IMG/VR virus record: IMGVR_UViG_3300042549_009011
Span: 83,749-147,748 of that record
Origin: a virus
Direction: 5' to 3' (one strand)
Length of the DNA stretch: 64,000 nt
Each line of letters opens with the position of its first letter. Position 1 is the stretch's first letter. Made by a program: the position numbers and the translations under genes. Below are positions 59,143 through 64,000 of this stretch, piece after piece. A model generated the notes under the pieces. The model saw nothing but the letters and a program-made list of their open reading frames with translations. It ran no database searches and was not told where the DNA came from.

Positions 59143-59221
59143 CGTAACTCGTTGAGTATCAACGAGTTACGCGCGGCGCGGGGGGCGAGCCGCGTAAGTC
59201 CTTGAGCCTCAATGAGTTACA
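59143..59221. repeat. Paired 29-bp palindromes, site 3
   Basis: Same consensus; spacer identical to site 2. Confidence 0.9.
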
Positions 59222-59494
59222 CCTTGTCACTTCTCTTCTTTTATCTCTCTTTTGCCGTCTCGCCTCACACGTTTATTTTGTGGGCGTTTCCAATCGCGCA
59301 AGTGCTTCCACCATTGGACAGTCTTCACAGATCCTTTGCCTTTACCTGCCGAAGCCATCGCGACATTCCTTTCTGCTTGCCTCTTTCTTCTTGTCCTTGA
59401 AGCGGATCACACAGGGAGGCATTGCGTGACGCACTAGGTTTCTCATGTCAAGGCTATTCTTTGAAAGTTCTTTGGGGGTTTTCTTTTTCATTTT

Positions 59495-59824
59495 TTAAAT
59501 TGCGTAAGTTGTTCGATAAGCGATTCCCATTTCTTTACACACTTGCTTAAAGACTTTGCCGTGAAAGTCATTTCTACCATTGACTTTGAATGTTCCGCCC
59601 ATGCGTGAGAATTGGATGCAATGAGCAATCTCATGCAAGAGAACATATTTAAAAATGGAAAAGTTGTTTAAAACTATTTTGTTTAACTCAACCTTTTTTT
59701 CCCAAGGGTTAGCAAAACCAAGAGTTCTTTTAACGTGAGGATTCCAGTAGAGAGTGTAGTCATGTAAGCCGTATTGTTTAAAGGTTAGATGGGCGTATTG
59801 TTCGACTTCTTGTGTGGTGAGCAT
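59495..59824 (-). CDS. SprT-like metalloprotease domain protein
   Basis: LLHEIAH...HGKVFK..C. Confidence 0.78.
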   Translation of the reverse strand: MLTTQEVEQYAHLTFKQYGLHDYTLYWNPHVKRTLGFANPWEKKVELNKIVLNNFSIFKYVLLHEIAHCIQFSRMGGTFKVNGRNDFHGKVFKQVCKEMGIAYRTTYAI

Positions 59825-59873
59825 GGCAAAAGTTTAACTGTTTTAGGGATTGTGTCAATTATTTTTATTCTCC

Positions 59874-61721
59874 TTAACCGACTTCTTCTAGCATCTCTGG
59901 ATTAAGCCATACAAATTCATTTTCTAAATGAGAAAGAATTGGGTAAACTCCATATTCTTTTTTGCCCGTATCTGTCCAGATTTCTCTTTTTAGAGTTTCT
60001 TCAAGTTTCTTTTTTAGTTTTTTTAACTTGGTTTCTGTCATTAGATACGAAGAATATTGACTTTGGTATTCTGTAGTATGCTCTATCTTTAATCGAAATT
60101 TTTTCATAGCTGCAAAAGTTTAACTGTTTATTCTTCTGTGTCAATAGAAAGTTCAGAAGTAAAAAAGATTTCTCCGTATGATGTAACAAAACGATAAGAT
60201 CCGTCTTGTAGTTCTGTGAAATCTTCCTGATTGTATAACAGGCTTTTTCCGATTTCGCTCATGATAACATCGACAGCTACTTCGTCGAGGTCGTCACGGG
60301 GAATGTCAATGGTTATTTTCATGGTGCTGTGGGATTTAGATTATTTGTTTTCCTCCAAGAAGTCAACAAAAGATTCTGCAAGATCAAAGATTAGTTCTTG
60401 CACATACCAATAAGGATCTTCATTGCCAGCGGCTCTTTGAATCGCGTCCCAAATCAAAACTTTGTCTTGTTCGGGATGGTTTTCTTCGATAATAACAAGC
60501 GAAAGCTTTTCAGCGTCCCAGCTTTGATCCCAGCTAGAAAGGAAGTGGGAGGCAGCACGAAGAATTGCTTTTGCGTGAATCGGATTGCTTGTGTCGAGGT
60601 GATCAGTCATGCAAGGAACTTATCATTTGAGAGTGCGAACGTCAACATTTTTTATTGATTATATTATTAATTAAAACACTTGACAAGATTGTGCCGAAAG
60701 CATCTAACAGATTTTTATCTCGCGGCGGGGCGCTCGCATAAAAAATTGAGGGGGCAGCGCATACCACCGCGCCACCCCTAATTCACCATGCCACAGAAAT
60801 TATACGTGGAAACCTTCTTCTTCTAACACTTCAGCAACAGCTTCTTGTGCGATGTTGTAGAGTTCTGAGACGAGGGCAGTATCACCCTCCTCCTCGATGT
60901 ATTCTTCCATAGCATCGAGTGCGTACATGACGCAAGGAAGATCTGGGAGGTCTGACATGGAAAGCCCACACAGATCGTAACAGGCTTGATTCATAATGGT
61001 AATGCAGCGTTTGCGGATGTTCATAGTGGTAATTCTTTTAGAGTTTTGCGGGGACAAGGATTGTAATTTGCGTTTCTTCTCCTTCATTGTCAATCAAAAA
61101 AAGATTTGAACCGCTAACTCTCACCATTTTGTTTTCTCCCTCTTGGAATTTCGCGCAGTATTCTAAGCCCTCAATATCCCAGCCGAGATAAAGAAATTCG
61201 TTTTCATCTGATCCGTTTAAATCATCCAGACATGGAAATGTCAGGGTGTCGTCAATGATAATTGCAGATGCGTCTTGAATGATAGCAAAGGCTTCTTGTA
61301 AAGGTATGTATTTCATAGTGGCGATAGTTTAATGTTTTTGGGGCGAGTTGTCAACTATTTTTAATCAAATGGCGGCAAATACTTTTTTACCATTTAAAAT
61401 AACTTCTTCCGCGCGAAAAATATCTTGATTTTTGCACTGGAACTGATTGACCTCATACGGATTATATCGCACGGATTGAAACCATTTATTAGATTGTAAG
61501 CTCGAAACCAACTCACCCAAGATGTAGGCGTGAACGTTCTTTCTTTTTTCTTTGATTACTCTCTGGCGACCAGCCTGAGATACCTTAAAGCTTGCGTTGC
61601 GAAGATAAGCATCTTCTAGATGGCAAACGACTTTCCACCTTCCATTCACTTTCGCTTGAACGGAAAGTTTTTTCTTGTGGAGGTTGAAATAGATTCTGAC
61701 TTGTTGATTGAGTGGTATCAT
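59874..61721 (-). other. Early-type small ORFs (59874-60107, 60128-60322, 60341-60610, 60800-61024, 61038-61316, 61365-61721)
   Basis: Most have their own TTGACx-16/17-TAnnnT 6-9 nt before ATG. Confidence 0.65.
60701..60747. repeat. TTTTTAT-N19-ATAAAAA dyad element (also 61847-61879, 61883-61915, 63487-63519)
   Basis: Exact 19-nt gap containing GGGGCG; TCTAACAG flank. Confidence 0.8.
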
Positions 61722-62008
61722 GGCAAGAGAAAATTACACTGTGAACGCCAATTTGTCAAATACTTTTTTGCTAATAAGCTGTAAACGAGCTGCAAATAAA
61801 TAAGCTGCAAATAAGAAATCGCCAAATAACGCTTGACAGGGGTAAATTTTTATGGTGGGGCGGGTAGTTGGTATAAAAATCTTTTTTATTCAAAGGTGGG
61901 GCGCTGGCATAAAAATCTGTTAGAGCGTCCGAGGTGTTCGTGTCAAGTATTTTTTTGGAAAAGGTTAGCGGGGAGAGCCACCACAACTCTCCCCGCTTTC
62001 ACCATGCA

Positions 62009-62440
62009 TCAGATCACCACATCTGAAAACGTAACGCTTGAAAACTTTTTGTGAATTGCTCCACACTTGAACTCAACCACCTTTTCAGGTTGGAAAGAGA
62101 ACCAGCCTTTGCGGTTGCGGTCAACGGCAGACTTGTAGCCAGCGGCTTTCAAGCCTTGAGTAGCTGGGTGATTTGAATTTCCTTTGACAAGATAATCGTA
62201 GCGGTTTTTCGCATTGATTGTGCGGAGAGTTCCGTCTTTCTTCTCGAAAGTGATAGAGAAGAATTTGCCTTTGGTTTGTTCGATGAGTTGGTCGATGTTT
62301 TGTTGCATAGTTTTTTTGTTTTGTTTTTCTTTACGAGAGTGAATGTAGAGTGAAATGCCACGGGTGGCAAGATAAAAAATAGAGAAAAGTGCTGGAATTG
62401 AGGCGACGACGAGGATGGAGTGAATTAAGTTTTCTTTCAT
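62009..62440 (-). CDS. Hypothetical with SH3/WYL-like C-terminal part
   Basis: FFSITFEKKDGTLRTI; possible internal start at 62308. Confidence 0.5.
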   Translation of the reverse strand: MKENLIHSILVVASIPALFSIFYLATRGISLYIHSRKEKQNKKTMQQNIDQLIEQTKGKFFSITFEKKDGTLRTINAKNRYDYLVKGNSNHPATQGLKAAGYKSAVDRNRKGWFSFQPEKVVEFKCGAIHKKFSSVTFSDVVI

Positions 62441-62900
62441 GGTGGAGATAGTTTAATGTTTCAAGCGGGGTTTGTCAACTACTTTTTTGCGTATGCTTGA
62501 ATGCAAGCGAGGCAGTAGCAGGTTGCCCCGAAAGTCAAGAAGCAAGCAACATCAAACAATTCATTTTTCCCGCCATAGACAGCGAAAGCACAAAGGCTAA
62601 AGGTTGGAGAGATGGTGATGATTGCGGAAGCGATGATGATAAGTGCGTGTTTCATAGTGGCGTTATTTTAGTATTTTTTGAAGATTAGTCAAGAAGTTTT
62701 TATTTCGATTGATCTCTTTCAAATTTATAGCCATCTTCTTTTAAGGCTTTTATTTTATTATTAAAATCTTTTTCATCTTCAAAACGATATTCTTGTGCTG
62801 GGCGATCACCCAAGGCATAAGTCCAGATCATTAGGGTGTTGCTATTAGTAAAAAACCAGTGTGTTGTTTTCATAGTGTTGATTGTGGTTAATTTTAAAGA

Positions 62901-63158
62901 TTAGTCAAGAATAAAAACACCATTGCCCATCATTCCTTCTCTGGATTTTTTGGTTGCGGTTGAAAGGATGTTTCTTTTTAATTCTTTTCCCTCGTTAGTA
63001 GATGGCACGAAAGAAAGAGTTTGTTTTATTTTATTAAGCGTTGCGTCGTCGCTACTAATGGAGAAGCCATCAATTTTCTTAATGAGCTTTGCGGCTTCAA
63101 GAAATTTTGGGATTTCAAGCGGGGCTTCTGATTGGAGTTTTTTTAGTTTGGCGTTCAT
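62901..63158 (-). CDS. Hypothetical protein
   Basis: MNAKLKK start. Confidence 0.5.
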   Translation of the reverse strand: MNAKLKKLQSEAPLEIPKFLEAAKLIKKIDGFSISSDDATLNKIKQTLSFVPSTNEGKELKRNILSTATKKSREGMMGNGVFILD

Positions 63159-63568
63159 GGGTGGATTGTGGTTTGTTTTGGGGTGGTTGTAAAGAAGAAA
63201 GTGATCTTGTTGAGTGAGATTCGAACTCACCTTTTAGGGGGTTTAGCCCTTTGTCTTGTCCCCCTAGACGATCAACAAGTTTTAGAAATTGATGGCATGT
63301 CTGAGGGATTTTACCCCGCCGTTATTCTCGACTCTCTTAGCCAGTTTCGAGCGACTTTTTCTACTAGGGCGTTCCCTCCCTCGCATGAATACAAGTTACC
63401 ATTTTTTCAGAAAAGCGCAAGGATTATTTTAATTATTTTTTTCTAATATTTCTCTTGACATGGTAGGCGGGAAAGCATCTAACAGTTTTTTATCTGGCGG
63501 CGGGGCGCTCGCATAAAAATTCCACAGCGTGTCAAGTGTTTTTATTGATTATTTTTGCGCGAATGTTT

Positions 63569-63588
63569 GGGGCGGCTTTCGCCGCCCC
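63569..63588 (-). terminator. GC hairpin after small ORF
   Basis: GGGGCGGC-GAAA-GCCGCCCC; no clear U-tract. Confidence 0.5.
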
Positions 63589-63595
63589 TTGTCCA

Positions 63596-63745
63596 TCAAA
63601 CAAAGTCCAATGTCCCCAAAGGCACTTCATCCTCTCGCCCATCTTCAAAACGAATCAAGGCACGATTTCCAGCGGGAGTGTGGACGACTTCGAGAAGTTC
63701 AACTTCACAGTCACAATATTTGCAGATTTCTTTTTCTTCGATCAT
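63596..63745 (-). CDS. 49-aa CxxC protein (not in ORF track)
   Basis: MIEEKEICKYCDCEVE... Confidence 0.5.
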   Translation of the reverse strand: MIEEKEICKYCDCEVELLEVVHTPAGNRALIRFEDGREDEVPLGTLDFV

Positions 63746-64000
63746 GGCAGGGAAAGGATAAGAGTTTTTCGCGGATCAGTCAAGAAAGAATTGTCTTTTC
63801 CAGATTGCTTCTTGAACTTTTTTATCGAGCCAGCTTTGTTGTTCAAAGATTCGGGTCGTGAACACGGGTTGTTTTTTGGCGAATAGTTTTTTAATTAGTT
63901 TCATGATGTGAGCAGGTTAAACAAATGGGTTGGATTGTCAAGGTTTATTTTTATGCAGGAAAGACTTGGAAGAATTTTTCTTTGGCATTGTTTAAAGATT

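Noticed and set aside
56552-59221. Palindromic repeats as a CRISPR array
   Set aside because: Only pairs, identical spacers at two sites, separated by genes; no cas operon, and the Cas4-like gene is in the replication operon.
63529-63886. Plus-strand ORFs near the window end
   Set aside because: The minus strand has promoter-linked small ORFs (63779-63904, 63596-63745) consistent with regional orientation.

Overview
AT-rich 64-kb segment of a large lytic dsDNA tailed phage; the host cannot be identified from this window and the genetic code is standard. 1-9.6 kb: replication operon (DnaB-like helicase, primase, Cas4/RecB-like nuclease, a family-C polymerase split into PHP, DnaQ-exonuclease and DnaE-core genes, a ClpC-like ATPase). 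11-24 kb: late/virion-accessory and lysis genes (glycosyltransferase, M15 endolysin, three BspA-type LRR proteins, sulfotransferase). 24.2-26.4 kb: minus-strand array of 19 tRNAs with readable anticodons, one anticodon-less tRNA and several non-tRNA structured RNAs. 26.5-46 kb: accessory genes (HNH, phosphatase, GGQ mini release factor, paralogue island, YopX pair, macrodomain, UvsE). 46.6-56 kb: RuvB, rIIA/rIIB, three more tRNAs, GH24 lysozyme. 56.5-64 kb: early-type small genes with two families of rigidly spaced dyad repeats. Best candidate for a new system: a 21-codon leader peptide (MHYSFTYLKSQPVINRCGWVV, 17 different amino acids, codons matching the array's anticodons) followed by mutually exclusive antiterminator/terminator hairpins directly upstream of the tRNA array, i.e. 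a putative pan-tRNA-sensing attenuator. Also notable: a GTGTAA-N8/9-start motif (probable late promoter), pervasive leaderless sigma70-type promoters, and structurally aberrant tRNAs. All calls are by eye from motifs and manual base-pairing; no searches or folding programs were run.
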